A DNA stretch of 64,000 nucleotides from Bacteroidia bacterium (GTDB taxonomy: Bacteria; Bacteroidota; Bacteroidia; J057; RFSG01): NCBI GenBank assembly GCA_040381555.1, contig JBEIHC010000001.1:3091-67090 (forward strand), in the 5' to 3' direction. Position 1 is the stretch's first letter, and every line of letters starts with the position of its first letter. The notes below the pieces were generated by a model, which searched no databases, was not told the origin of the DNA, and worked only from the letters and a program-made list of their open reading frames with translations. Both the position numbers and the translations under genes were made by a program. Below are positions 8,546-18,540 of this stretch, piece by piece.

Positions 8546-10378
8546 CTAGGGAGTAACAATGAATTTCCGATTGGCAAGGTTGCTTCCAGACTCATCTTTT
8601 ATCTGCAAGAAATACACTCCTGCGGGTATAGAGTCCGTCCGAATACTCAATTCTATTTTTCCTGCTCTGGTATAATCGCGTGCTATCGTGCGAATTAATT
8701 TTCCTTGTCCATCCAATAGAAGAATCTCTAATAATTTTCCTTCCGCAAGTTCAAAGCGCACACTAATGCGTTCTTGTGCTGGTACGGGAAATAGGCTCAG
8801 CTCTTGCATGGGATTCATTTCTGAATCAGTACCCGCAATAAACTGCCCAACTCTAATTTTGGATATCCAGGTCATGTTCCGCGCGTTGGGACTGCTGTAA
8901 CTACCCGCATACCAGACAGAACCTGGCTCTCCGGGTTGTGCTACACAGCCTGTATAATCGCCCCATCTTTCGGAGGTACCAGAAAGTACATTCAAAATAC
9001 CTCCTCCACTTTTGACCAAACTACGGGCAGAAATCAAGCCGTCGTTGTCTAGGTAAAATGCACTATGGCCCGCATTTGTCGTATTGGATGAATGCAAACA
9101 ACCTACTACTACTGCATAGGGTTGAAGTGGGTCTGCCAAATGTCCAATGGACCCGTAGGCTAAATCCAAGGTGTCCATTAAAATAGTTCCTGTTGCTACT
9201 CTCGTGCCTGAGAAGTTGGTCACCCTTCCATAATATACCATAGGCCTTTGAGTGGCCTGATCGACTGAATTCAATACAAAATGCAAAGCATCATTTTCTA
9301 AAATAGCTGCTTGTACGCGTGAGTCATTTGTAATCAGCGTATGATTGTTTTTCTGTTTGGCTTCTAAGGGCTCATAATAATTTAAACCCATTTGGATAGA
9401 AGTAGCTTGCAAGGTAGCCGTTCCGGATGCTAGGGTATTGGTGATTTCTAACACATAAATGGAATCAGTTCCTGCAGTACTGAAAGGGTTGGAGTTCAGG
9501 AAATACATATTCGGCCCATATAAGGTAACTCCTCCACAAACAGGGGTAGTATTAAATAAAGTATCACCTGCCCATTTGAGGTCATAATAGTAATCACTTG
9601 TCAGAGCCTGACCGGAATACCCATTGTTTTTATCAATTTGCCAAATGGTGGATTCTGTATATCCTGAATTATTGGCAGAACCATTGGTAAAAGTATTATA
9701 TGTCAAGAAAAGCTCCTGCTGATTAAGCCCTATTGCCGGATAATCTGACCAAGTGGAATTATTTAATGGATTGCCATTTAGTAAATAAAAATTCCAGTCT
9801 CCTTCCGGATTATTGGTTTGGGAGAAGGCAATAATTATTTGAGAGGTGGAATCTAGGAAGCCATTCAGGAAAGTTACTATGAAGCGGTCAGCCTGAGGGT
9901 CATAAATGGCACGGGGGTCAAAAGTATAGCCCAGTACACCGAGTGTATCGGCAAAATTAGATAAGCTGCTAGAGAAAAGTACCGCACCGCTCGTATCATA
10001 AACGGTCATATTGGTATTGACTACAGAAATGATTTTCCCATTTGCGCCTACAGCAAGATGATTATCATTGGGTGCAGAAAACTGATATCCCTGCCCAACA
10101 AAGGATTTTACCACCACTGGTACATCGGAGGTTTGAGCTGATTGAAAAGTAGTTTCTGCATTGCTCTGATTAGGAATATTTTGTTGGTTTAGGCGAGGAG
10201 ATTTTCTCATAGGGGCCGGGGCTTCCCGCACCAAAGCTGGTTCCATGCCTTCCCGAATGTGCAGAATCGAAAGGGCTGCTTTCAGTGGAATAGGGGAGGG
10301 AGCGTGTTTCTTATAGGTCAACTGAGCCTGCACCCAGCAGAGGGAAAATAGAAGGATTGAAAGTATCAACTGTTTCAT
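8546..10378 (-). CDS. Secreted protein of unknown function with a T9SS C-terminal sorting domain
   Basis: Signal peptide MKQLILSILLFSLCWVQAQ. C-terminal ~80 aa LSLFPVPAQERISVRF...GVYFLQIKDESG fits the Por secretion tail pattern. Confidence 0.7.
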   Translation of the reverse strand: MKQLILSILLFSLCWVQAQLTYKKHAPSPIPLKAALSILHIREGMEPALVREAPAPMRKSPRLNQQNIPNQSNAETTFQSAQTSDVPVVVKSFVGQGYQFSAPNDNHLAVGANGKIISVVNTNMTVYDTSGAVLFSSSLSNFADTLGVLGYTFDPRAIYDPQADRFIVTFLNGFLDSTSQIIIAFSQTNNPEGDWNFYLLNGNPLNNSTWSDYPAIGLNQQELFLTYNTFTNGSANNSGYTESTIWQIDKNNGYSGQALTSDYYYDLKWAGDTLFNTTPVCGGVTLYGPNMYFLNSNPFSTAGTDSIYVLEITNTLASGTATLQATSIQMGLNYYEPLEAKQKNNHTLITNDSRVQAAILENDALHFVLNSVDQATQRPMVYYGRVTNFSGTRVATGTILMDTLDLAYGSIGHLADPLQPYAVVVGCLHSSNTTNAGHSAFYLDNDGLISARSLVKSGGGILNVLSGTSERWGDYTGCVAQPGEPGSVWYAGSYSSPNARNMTWISKIRVGQFIAGTDSEMNPMQELSLFPVPAQERISVRFELAEGKLLEILLLDGQGKLIRTIARDYTRAGKIELSIRTDSIPAGVYFLQIKDESGSNLANRKFIVTP

Positions 10379-10423
10379 AAGACTTAGGATATTCGTGCCT
10401 TTGATTATTACTGATCAATAAAT

Positions 10424-11800
10424 TTATTTAGGAACTCCATGACGATCGAGCAGGTACAGGAGCACAGCGATGGAAGCAGAACCCAATTCTAATTCTCTCT
10501 TGTGAACATTCGCAAATATATCGGTATCGGCATGATGATGGTCAAAATATCGTTGAGAATCGGGGACCATTCCAATGAGTAAGGATTTTCCTTTAAATGG
10601 AGAAATATCAGCCCCACTTCCTCCCGTTTGCCATAGATGTAAGCCATAGGGCTCTAGTATATCTCTATAGGATTGAAGGGCCTTCAGGGTATCTCCTCCA
10701 GCTTCAATGTGAAAGCCTCGAGGACTAAATCCTCCCCGGTCAGATTCAATACAGGCAACATGTTTTTCTTGCATCAGCTCTGCCTGTTCCGCATATTTCA
10801 AGGCTCCTTTTAAGCCATTCTCTTCATTCATAAATAGAACGGCCCTTATGCTTCTTCGAGGTTTGTATCCACTTGCTGTTAAAATTCTAAGGGCTTCAAT
10901 TGAATGCGCACATCCTGCTCCATCATCATGCGCTCCTTCGCCTTTGTCCCAAGCATCGAGGTGACCACCCGCTAAGAGATATTCTTTTGGAAATTCACTT
11001 CCCCGAATTTCTCCGATAACATTATAGGAAAGAACATCCGGCAAAGTCTTGCAATTAGTCTCTAAATGCAAACTTAAATCGGGTTCTATTTTTAATAAAT
11101 CACTTAAATAATCTGCGTCTTTTGTACTGATGGCAACAGCAGGGATTTTCGTTTGTTCATTTTTATATACCACACTTCCGGTATGAGGATGATCATCATT
11201 GGCCAAAGTCATGGAGCGCACCACGCAAGCAATTGCCCCTTTGGCCGCTGCCTCGTCAGCCCCATAGGCTCTTTGCCCTACACAGCCTCCATAGGCACCG
11301 AAGGTATAAATCAATTTTGGATCCATTGGGCGGTTAAAGAATACGATTTTACCCTTAACCTTGTCCGCAGGCATTTGGCGAAGCTCCTCAAAATTCTGAA
11401 CTTCAATGGCTGTAGTAGTAATCCCTCCCGTCGGCGTAGCAACCGAACCCCCTAATGAACAAATTGTCAGTTCCTGCCCTCCTGTATGTCGGGTGATGAT
11501 TTTGGCATATTCCTTTGAGCCTCTTACCCAGCAAGGAACCATTACAGGCTGTAACCAAACAGAATCAAAGCCTAGGGCGGACATGGTTTGTCTTCCCCAT
11601 TCTACAGCTGCCGCTGCTCCAGGAGACCCACTCAGTCGTTTAGGGGCAATCCGGCATAGTTCTCCCAACATTTCATACGATTTCCCATTTACAAGTGCGG
11701 CATCATACAAACTACGAATCATCACGGTATCAGGGAGGGGTGTTTGAGCATTTGCCCAAAAGAACAATCCAAAGAAAAAAGCAAGTAGGGTAATTTTCAT
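10424..11800 (-). CDS. M28 family zinc aminopeptidase with PA domain
   Basis: Signal peptide and metal-ligand context GGHLDAWDKGEGAHDDGAGCA ... FMNEENGL. Confidence 0.85.
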   Translation of the reverse strand: MKITLLAFFFGLFFWANAQTPLPDTVMIRSLYDAALVNGKSYEMLGELCRIAPKRLSGSPGAAAAVEWGRQTMSALGFDSVWLQPVMVPCWVRGSKEYAKIITRHTGGQELTICSLGGSVATPTGGITTTAIEVQNFEELRQMPADKVKGKIVFFNRPMDPKLIYTFGAYGGCVGQRAYGADEAAAKGAIACVVRSMTLANDDHPHTGSVVYKNEQTKIPAVAISTKDADYLSDLLKIEPDLSLHLETNCKTLPDVLSYNVIGEIRGSEFPKEYLLAGGHLDAWDKGEGAHDDGAGCAHSIEALRILTASGYKPRRSIRAVLFMNEENGLKGALKYAEQAELMQEKHVACIESDRGGFSPRGFHIEAGGDTLKALQSYRDILEPYGLHLWQTGGSGADISPFKGKSLLIGMVPDSQRYFDHHHADTDIFANVHKRELELGSASIAVLLYLLDRHGVPK

Positions 11801-12252
11801 ATTTCTATTGTGTATCGAATAAAATCAGTGGAAGGAATTTCCGGTACATGGCTTTTCAGCAGCAGAGCCAGTTGACCCCGGTGATAGGTGCCGTGAAAAG
11901 CTAGGTGTTGTAAAATGGTTTCTAATTTTTTTTCTTGTAACTCTCCTGCCAGAGTATGATAGGGAACCATAGAGAGTAAATCCGCTTCGGTAATCAAATC
12001 CAGATATTGAAGCCAATCTTTTGAGGTTTCTTCATTGAGTAAAATGGTTTCCTCGATGGGTAACGCGTTCCAAACATCAATCCGGATAGGCTCTTGTTGC
12101 ACGCGCATCCACCAGATTTTTTGAGCTAAGGCAATATGACTTGCCAATCGAAGAATTGTCTCCTCTTGGATGTTTTCTTTTCGAATGAGCGCAAATATTT
12201 TCTGATTGGAATCATGAGTGTATTTCAGCGTTAAATAGTGATGTGCCAGCAT
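11797..12252 (-). CDS. DinB family protein
   Basis: About 150 aa four-helix-bundle size, C-terminal HLAFHGTYHRGQLALLLK motif, and a 4-nt overlap with the downstream M28 gene. Confidence 0.75.
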   Translation of the reverse strand: MLAHHYLTLKYTHDSNQKIFALIRKENIQEETILRLASHIALAQKIWWMRVQQEPIRIDVWNALPIEETILLNEETSKDWLQYLDLITEADLLSMVPYHTLAGELQEKKLETILQHLAFHGTYHRGQLALLLKSHVPEIPSTDFIRYTIEI

Positions 12253-12430
12253 ATTCTGTACTTATGAATAGGTAAAGATACTTCTCGGCTTGCTGCAAGC
12301 CAATTCAAAAAAAATAAAAATTCATAATATTCTATTTATGAGATAGTTAACTTCTATTTTTCATAAAATCAGAAAAATAATCAGAACTTCATGCAACCAT
12401 TTACCCCCAAACCCTCATTAGGTTTATAGA

Positions 12431-13000
12431 ATGCAAACGCTCACTTTATCCCCTGAAACTCAAACCCTGCAAAAATTAGCAGCGGCTTGTGCCCGTCAGG
12501 ACCGGGCGTCTCAAAAAGCTTTATATGAATTTTTTAAAAATCAATTGTTCCGCGTGTGTCTGAGATATGCTGCCAATACACAGGAAGCCGAAGATTTTCT
12601 GCAGGAAGGATTTATTAAAGTGTTTAAGTCTATTCATACCTGGCAGCCCAGCGGTAACCTATTAGCTTGGATGAAGACGATTATGATTCACACTGCCTTA
12701 GAGCATCAGCGAAAATTATCCGCAAAAGTGGGCAAGGTAGAGATCTCTCAGGCAGAAAATCTTCAAGGAACAGAGGAAATACTCAGCCAAATGAGTGGAG
12801 AAGAACTGATGGAAATTATTCAGGGATTACCTGATGGATTTCGTACCGTTTTTAATCTGTATGCAGTTGAAGGGTATTCTCATGCAGAAATTGCCAGCCT
12901 CTTAAATATCTCCGAAGGAACTTCAAAGTCTCAATATTCTCGGGCAAAAAGCATTCTGAGAGATAAATGTTCACAATTGATGGAGGGTACTTTGTCATGA
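12431..13000 (+). CDS. ECF-type RNA polymerase sigma-70 factor
   Basis: Region 2 (EDFLQEGFIKVF) and region 4 HTH (GYSHAEIASLLNISEGTSKSQYSRAK). Confidence 0.9.
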   Translation: MQTLTLSPETQTLQKLAAACARQDRASQKALYEFFKNQLFRVCLRYAANTQEAEDFLQEGFIKVFKSIHTWQPSGNLLAWMKTIMIHTALEHQRKLSAKVGKVEISQAENLQGTEEILSQMSGEELMEIIQGLPDGFRTVFNLYAVEGYSHAEIASLLNISEGTSKSQYSRAKSILRDKCSQLMEGTLS

Positions 13001-13866
13001 GTCAGAGATTTGAAGATATCCTTCGTCAGAAATTAGACGCGACAGAATCTCAGCCCCGACAAGATTTATGGGACTCTATTGAGCACGATTTATCCGAAGA
13101 AATCTTTCGTTCCCAAATTTGCGAAAAGTTAGATAATGCTCAGAGTAAGGATCCTTCCTTTCAGGTTTGGCAGAATATTGATGCTCAGCTTCACCCAGTA
13201 AGTAGTTTCCGTTTTATGCCTTATACCATTTGGTGGGCAGCCGCTGGTTTGATTCTGATTGCTGGATTTTGGTTCTTCCTTCAAAAAACAAATTCTCCTA
13301 GCCCTGAAAATTCAACCTGGTCAATAGCTGAATTGCCCAAGGATACAATTTCATCCAATGAAATTCAACAATTATCCAAATCAGAAACCCCAGGATTAAC
13401 AGAATTGGCAGAGATAAAAATTGAAAACAAGTCTGAATTCCTCACTGTTCAAAATTCTTCTGAGCCAGGCAGTGAAGAGTTAAGTCCGGTGCGCATTTCT
13501 GTAGAGTTAGTACAAACTCCTCCCGATCAGTTTGCTCACACGAAGGTTGATTCTACCCCAAATAGCTCAGTACTCGAAGAGTTGCAGTATGCCAATGTTC
13601 CAGACTCTGGCATCAGTCCTTTCAATATTCCTGTCATTATACCGGAAAAATCTCCAGCTTTAGCCATGGAGCTTAGTACTCAAAAAGAAAGACCTGGATC
13701 AGAAACAGCCCTCAACTATTTTTTTACAAAAATATTAGGTCTGCCCAATGCCAATGTTGCCATCGAGCAAATGGCCAAAGGCGAAAAAAATGTTTGGAAA
13801 GTACAATTTAATAGTCGCTTATTAAGCTTCTCCGGAAATCTGCCCTCCGGTAAAAGAGCAGAATAA
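12997..13866 (+). CDS. Putative anti-sigma factor (single-pass membrane protein)
   Basis: ATGA start/stop overlap with the sigma gene at 12997..13000. One TM helix IWWAAAGLILIAGFWFFL. No zinc-finger motif is seen, so the call rests on position only. Confidence 0.5.
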   Translation: MSQRFEDILRQKLDATESQPRQDLWDSIEHDLSEEIFRSQICEKLDNAQSKDPSFQVWQNIDAQLHPVSSFRFMPYTIWWAAAGLILIAGFWFFLQKTNSPSPENSTWSIAELPKDTISSNEIQQLSKSETPGLTELAEIKIENKSEFLTVQNSSEPGSEELSPVRISVELVQTPPDQFAHTKVDSTPNSSVLEELQYANVPDSGISPFNIPVIIPEKSPALAMELSTQKERPGSETALNYFFTKILGLPNANVAIEQMAKGEKNVWKVQFNSRLLSFSGNLPSGKRAE

Positions 13867-13897
13867 AATCATGTTCCTAAACCCTTAATTAAAATAT

Positions 13898-15220
13898 ATG
13901 AAAACCCTTTTGAAACTTGCCTTTATCAGCATTTCCGCTCTAATCTTTTCTTTTCAACTGGTGAATGCCCAGGAGAAAAATTATGAAGAAAGACTTCGTC
14001 AGTACGATCAAAAACTCAAGGAATATCAACTGGAGTTGAAGAAAATGGAAGAGAAATTGGATACTCTTTCGACTGAAATGATGCGTAAGGAAGTAATCGT
14101 TGAAAAGCAAAGTTCCGGCGATTCGACCCAAACCAGAAAGACCATTATACTCGAGGATAACACCCCTGGCAAAAAAATCAAGGTAGAGATTTATGATTCT
14201 CAGGAAATAACTAAAGAGCAGGAGCAGGAATTATTGGAAAACCTTCAGTCTCTGCGTGGTTTGGAAAGGTTGGGAAGCCTGAGCACGCTGTTTCAGGGTT
14301 CTGAAAAAAAAGCCTTAAGTGAACCTGAAAATGCTACCAAGCTAGAGAAAATCGAAGTGAAATTGAAAAAATTTGAAGACTTCATGACAGAAGATTTGAA
14401 TAGACTCACCGATAAATTGGCTGAAATAGAAATGGATAATATTCAGCTCAATAACGAAAGCAATGGAGACACTACCGTAATTCGCCTGGGTACTTCTAAA
14501 ATTGTCATTATTGAGGATGAAAATGAAAAGAATAATTCTATTCAATGGAAAAAGGATAAATCTGAATTAGAAGAAGATCAAGATGAACCCAAAGAAAATG
14601 ATGTTTTGGAATTCTCTGCACTGGGATTAAGTTTGGGTTTAAATTCTTTCCTATATAAAGGCAATACAAATCTCCCATTGAAATATAATAACCTAGAGTT
14701 AGAAGCCCTTCGTTCTTGGAATGTAAATTTGAAATTAGTGGAAGCCAAAATTAGCCTCATTAATAACCAAGTAAATTTACTAACAGGAATTAGCCTAGAT
14801 TGGAATAATTATCGTTTCCGGAATGATATCAATTTGTCTCCGAGAACAGATACTTTATATATAACCCGGGATACCATAGATTTTAAAAAGAATAAATTAA
14901 TGACTCAAAATCTGATGGGTCATCTGATGCTTCAGTTTGAATCTAAACCAGGTAAAAAAGGCAGAACCTTTGATATTGGCGCAGGAGGATTTGCAGGATA
15001 TATGCTGAATGCCCGCACCAAACAAGTAAGTGATGCCCGTGGAAAGAATAAATTTGAAGATGACTTTCAACTGAATAGTTTCCGTTATGGACTATGCGGA
15101 AGAATAGGATATGGGGCTTTTGACTTGTATGTTAACTATACTTTAAATGATATTTTTCGACCCAATTTAGGTCCTGCAGTTCAGAATTTATCTTTTGGAT
15201 TGAACTTCACAGGCCTTTAA
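13898..15220 (+). CDS. Coiled-coil plus outer-membrane beta-barrel (porin-family-like) protein
   Basis: Signal peptide, E/K-rich coiled coil, and a C-terminal alternating-hydrophobic barrel-like region (GYGAFDLYVNYTL...LSFGLNFTGL). Confidence 0.6.
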   Translation: MKTLLKLAFISISALIFSFQLVNAQEKNYEERLRQYDQKLKEYQLELKKMEEKLDTLSTEMMRKEVIVEKQSSGDSTQTRKTIILEDNTPGKKIKVEIYDSQEITKEQEQELLENLQSLRGLERLGSLSTLFQGSEKKALSEPENATKLEKIEVKLKKFEDFMTEDLNRLTDKLAEIEMDNIQLNNESNGDTTVIRLGTSKIVIIEDENEKNNSIQWKKDKSELEEDQDEPKENDVLEFSALGLSLGLNSFLYKGNTNLPLKYNNLELEALRSWNVNLKLVEAKISLINNQVNLLTGISLDWNNYRFRNDINLSPRTDTLYITRDTIDFKKNKLMTQNLMGHLMLQFESKPGKKGRTFDIGAGGFAGYMLNARTKQVSDARGKNKFEDDFQLNSFRYGLCGRIGYGAFDLYVNYTLNDIFRPNLGPAVQNLSFGLNFTGL

Positions 15221-15313
15221 TTCCACTTAAAACCTGACTCAACCATTTATCCAAAAATTGTTTCGGTTCTTTTTAATACACCCCAACTTTGTGCCAATTA
15301 AAACACACTTGTT

Positions 15314-16021
15314 TTGAAAAACTTACTGGTATTAATTATCTTTTCTTGCATGAGTTTTCTGGGCCTCACTTATGCGTCTACTCCTGCCTCCCCCCAAAAA
15401 CAAATCGGGAAAGAACTTCCTGCTTTTCACAGCATCCACCTTATCGGGGATGTGAAAGTGTACTTGCATCCTTCTGCTACTCATTCATATAAGGCAGAAT
15501 TACCCGCTTCCTTGGAAGAGTATTTTACGATGAGCGTGGAAAATGGGGTACTTCAAATTCGATTGACTAAATCCATTTCCAGATTTGACATGCCCAAAGT
15601 GGAATTATATTTTTCTGAAGTCAATAAAATTCAGGCTGAGGGTGGGTATTATCTTAAAATGGATGAGATCTATACAGGTAGTAATTTAGAATTAGTTCTT
15701 ACCGGATCTGGATTAACTAATTTAATGCTAGATGTTCAAGAATTAAAGGCGCAAATTTCCGGGCAAGCGGTTGCTTCCGTTAAAGGAAAATCCTTGGACG
15801 CAAAAATTTATGGAAGCCAAGAATCTTACTGGGCTGCCTCAGCCTTGAATACCTCCACTCTGTTGGTTTCCGTTGAAGGCATGGCAAAAGCAGAAGTACA
15901 TGCTCAAAAGGATATAACTGCCATTGCCGATAATTCCGGTCAAATACATTGTTCAGGTGAAGCCGAAATTCGTTCGTATATTCACGGTCTGGGACGCATT
16001 ACCAAAGTTCCCTCACTGTAA
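15314..16021 (+). CDS. DUF2807 / head-GIN-domain-like secreted protein
   Basis: About 235 aa with a signal peptide (TTG start) and repetitive beta-strand pattern (VELVLTGSG..., ISGQAVASVKG..., VEGMAKAEVHA...) typical of this family. Confidence 0.55.
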   Translation: MKNLLVLIIFSCMSFLGLTYASTPASPQKQIGKELPAFHSIHLIGDVKVYLHPSATHSYKAELPASLEEYFTMSVENGVLQIRLTKSISRFDMPKVELYFSEVNKIQAEGGYYLKMDEIYTGSNLELVLTGSGLTNLMLDVQELKAQISGQAVASVKGKSLDAKIYGSQESYWAASALNTSTLLVSVEGMAKAEVHAQKDITAIADNSGQIHCSGEAEIRSYIHGLGRITKVPSL

Positions 16022-16023
16022 CC

Positions 16024-18480
16024 ATGCCCCTGCACTCTAGAGTCAATTATTTCCTGAAAAGCCTGTTCCTTCTGGTACAGGCTTTTCCTGTTTTTGTTTA
16101 TGCTCAATCTTGTATTATTCAGGGAAGGGTTCAATCTGAAAGTGGGGAGCCCCTGCCTTTTGCCAGCATACGGGTACAGGGTCAAAATAAAGGGACACTG
16201 GCTGATGCGGAAGGGAATTTTCGGCTGGATACAGAACCAGGAAAGTTAGAACTGGAATTTCGTTTTGTTGGCTATCAAGCCCTTGTACAATCTGCCTCTT
16301 GTCCGGCAAAAACTCAGTTGACCATACAATTAAAAGAACAGGAATATTCCCTAGAAGAAACCTTTGTAACTTCAGATGGAAGGGACCCAGCCTATGGCAT
16401 CATTCGAAAAGCCATTGATCGTCGGAAATATCATTTATCCCGCCCTAAGGCTTATTCTTGTGAAGTGTATATAAAAGGACTTCAACGATTAAATGCTTTT
16501 CCCGAAAGAATTCTAGGCATGAAAGTAAGCCTCGATAGCTCGGACTTAGGAATTGTTTATTTATCTGAATCCGTTTCTCAGTTAAATCTGCGTAAACCCA
16601 AGGATATTCGCGAAATAATGATTTCGTCTAAAGTGAGTGGAAGAAATAATGCATTTAGCTATAATCAAGCTAGTGATATTTTAATTGATTATTATGAATC
16701 TATGATAAATGTATTTGAATTATCTGAACGGGGATTTATTTCTCCTATTTCGCCCTCCTCTTTTTTATATTATCAATTTAAGTTATTGGGGAAATTCACT
16801 GAAAATTCCGAAACAGTTTATCGTATTCAGGTAATTCCCAAGCGTAATTCGGATCCGGTTTTTTCGGGTGAAATATTTATTGCAGCGCCTTCCTATCGCA
16901 TTCACTCCACTCAATTGTTTTTGACAAAGGAATCTGGGGTTGAATTCGTAGATACGCTGCGGATAGAACAATTATTTGTACCCATTCAGGACTCTTTATG
17001 GATGCCTGCTTCCCAGCGATTGGAATTTGCTTTTTCTGCCATGGGCTTTAGAGGGAATGGACATTTTGTAACCAATTTTATGAATTATGGAATTGATCCA
17101 GAATTCCCTAAAGGATTTTTTTCAAAAGAAATTCTCAAAGTAGAGGAGGGGGCCAACAAGCGCAGTCAGGCATACTGGGATTCTATTCGCCCTACGCCCT
17201 TAACTCAGGAAGAGATCGAGGACTATTTTAAGAAAGACAGTATCGCCACTTTAAAAGAACAACCCGAATATCTGGATTCACTGGATCGAGCCAGAAACAA
17301 ATTCGATCCATTTAGCTATTTGGTTTCCGGTCATTCGTGGAGTCGGCGTAAAAAGAAATTGAATTATTCAATTTCGCCGCTATTGGAAGGGGTTCAATAC
17401 AATACAGTAGAAGGATTGGTACTGTTTAATAGTTTTACGGCATTTAAAAATCTCGAGAATGGAAAATCGCTTAATTCTACAGTAGATATACGGTATGGTT
17501 TTTCTTCGGGTAAACCTTTCTTTAGTGAATCATTATCTTGGCGTGCACATGGTCCTACAATGACTGTTTTTACATTGGTTGGTGGGCGATGGATACAACA
17601 ATTTGATGGTAGTAATCCAGTACCCTCTTTACCCAATACACTTTATACGCTTCTGGATGAAACCAATCATCTCAAACTCTTCGAAAAGCAGTTTGTTCGT
17701 TTACAAGCGCAAAGAGAATTGTTCAATGGATTGAGAGTTTGGTTTACAACTGAGTATGCCCGAAGATTGGCTCTAGTGAATTCATCAGATTATACCATTC
17801 GGGATGTAAAGGATAGGGTTTTCTCCTCCAATAATCCCTTAGATGCTTTAGGAAACACGATGGCATTTGAACCGCATAATGCCTGGATCATCGAGCTGAA
17901 TGCAAAAATGGTTTTTGCCAATGAATATTCCAGCCGCCCGGATAGAAAAATAAATAATGGTTCAAAATGGCCCTTTCTTAATCTGATGCTTAGGGCCGGT
18001 ATCCCGGTAGCTGGTGCTACTACCCAATTTGTTGAATCTTCTCTTTCTGTTCAGGATGATTGGAATCTTAAAATGCTCGGTAAAAGCTCCTGGAAAATCA
18101 AGGGAGGCTATTTTTTTGATAATACAAATCTGTACTTTATGGATTACAGGCATTTCGGCGGCAATCTGATGATGCTTCGTATTTCTGGCGATCTGAGTTT
18201 TCAGGGATTACCCTATTATGAGTACAGCACCGATAGTCAGTATGCATCCGGACATTTCGTTCATCATTTCGGAGGTTGGTTTATCAACAAGGTACCCTTG
18301 TTACGAAAATTGAAATTAGGAGAATACGCTGGCCTCAATACTCTTTATGTCCCAGGAAAACTGCCTTATACTGAGTACATATTCGGCCTAGAGCGTTTGG
18401 GTTTAGAAATAGGTGGGGTAGTGTCCTACTCTGGTTCGCGCCTTTCTTATGCCGGATTCCGCCTCGGCACCAGTTTTTAA
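16024..18480 (+). CDS. CarboxypepD_reg-domain protein with a large DUF5686-like beta-barrel region
   Basis: N-terminal CIIQGRVQSESGEPLPFASIRVQGQNKGTLADAEGNFRL, about 818 aa, and an aromatic C-terminus ...GFRLGTSF. Confidence 0.65.
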   Translation: MPLHSRVNYFLKSLFLLVQAFPVFVYAQSCIIQGRVQSESGEPLPFASIRVQGQNKGTLADAEGNFRLDTEPGKLELEFRFVGYQALVQSASCPAKTQLTIQLKEQEYSLEETFVTSDGRDPAYGIIRKAIDRRKYHLSRPKAYSCEVYIKGLQRLNAFPERILGMKVSLDSSDLGIVYLSESVSQLNLRKPKDIREIMISSKVSGRNNAFSYNQASDILIDYYESMINVFELSERGFISPISPSSFLYYQFKLLGKFTENSETVYRIQVIPKRNSDPVFSGEIFIAAPSYRIHSTQLFLTKESGVEFVDTLRIEQLFVPIQDSLWMPASQRLEFAFSAMGFRGNGHFVTNFMNYGIDPEFPKGFFSKEILKVEEGANKRSQAYWDSIRPTPLTQEEIEDYFKKDSIATLKEQPEYLDSLDRARNKFDPFSYLVSGHSWSRRKKKLNYSISPLLEGVQYNTVEGLVLFNSFTAFKNLENGKSLNSTVDIRYGFSSGKPFFSESLSWRAHGPTMTVFTLVGGRWIQQFDGSNPVPSLPNTLYTLLDETNHLKLFEKQFVRLQAQRELFNGLRVWFTTEYARRLALVNSSDYTIRDVKDRVFSSNNPLDALGNTMAFEPHNAWIIELNAKMVFANEYSSRPDRKINNGSKWPFLNLMLRAGIPVAGATTQFVESSLSVQDDWNLKMLGKSSWKIKGGYFFDNTNLYFMDYRHFGGNLMMLRISGDLSFQGLPYYEYSTDSQYASGHFVHHFGGWFINKVPLLRKLKLGEYAGLNTLYVPGKLPYTEYIFGLERLGLEIGGVVSYSGSRLSYAGFRLGTSF

Positions 18481-18540
18481 AAGTTTGACGCAAATTCTTG
18501 AGTTCACTTTAACCCGGCTTTTCTCGTAATTTTGTTTTCC

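Noticed and set aside
1100-11747. Antisense or alternate-frame ORFs inside the kinase, acs, TraB, T9SS and M28 genes (for example 1100..1306, 3512..4550, 7871..8056, 8688..8900, 11153..11747)
   Set aside because: They lie entirely within strongly supported genes on the opposite strand and give low-complexity or unrecognisable translations. These are typical shadow ORFs.
15289-15492. Track ORF 15289..15492 overlapping the start of the DUF2807-like gene
   Set aside because: It is in a different frame with no signal peptide logic. The 15314 frame gives a clean signal peptide and a full-length domain.
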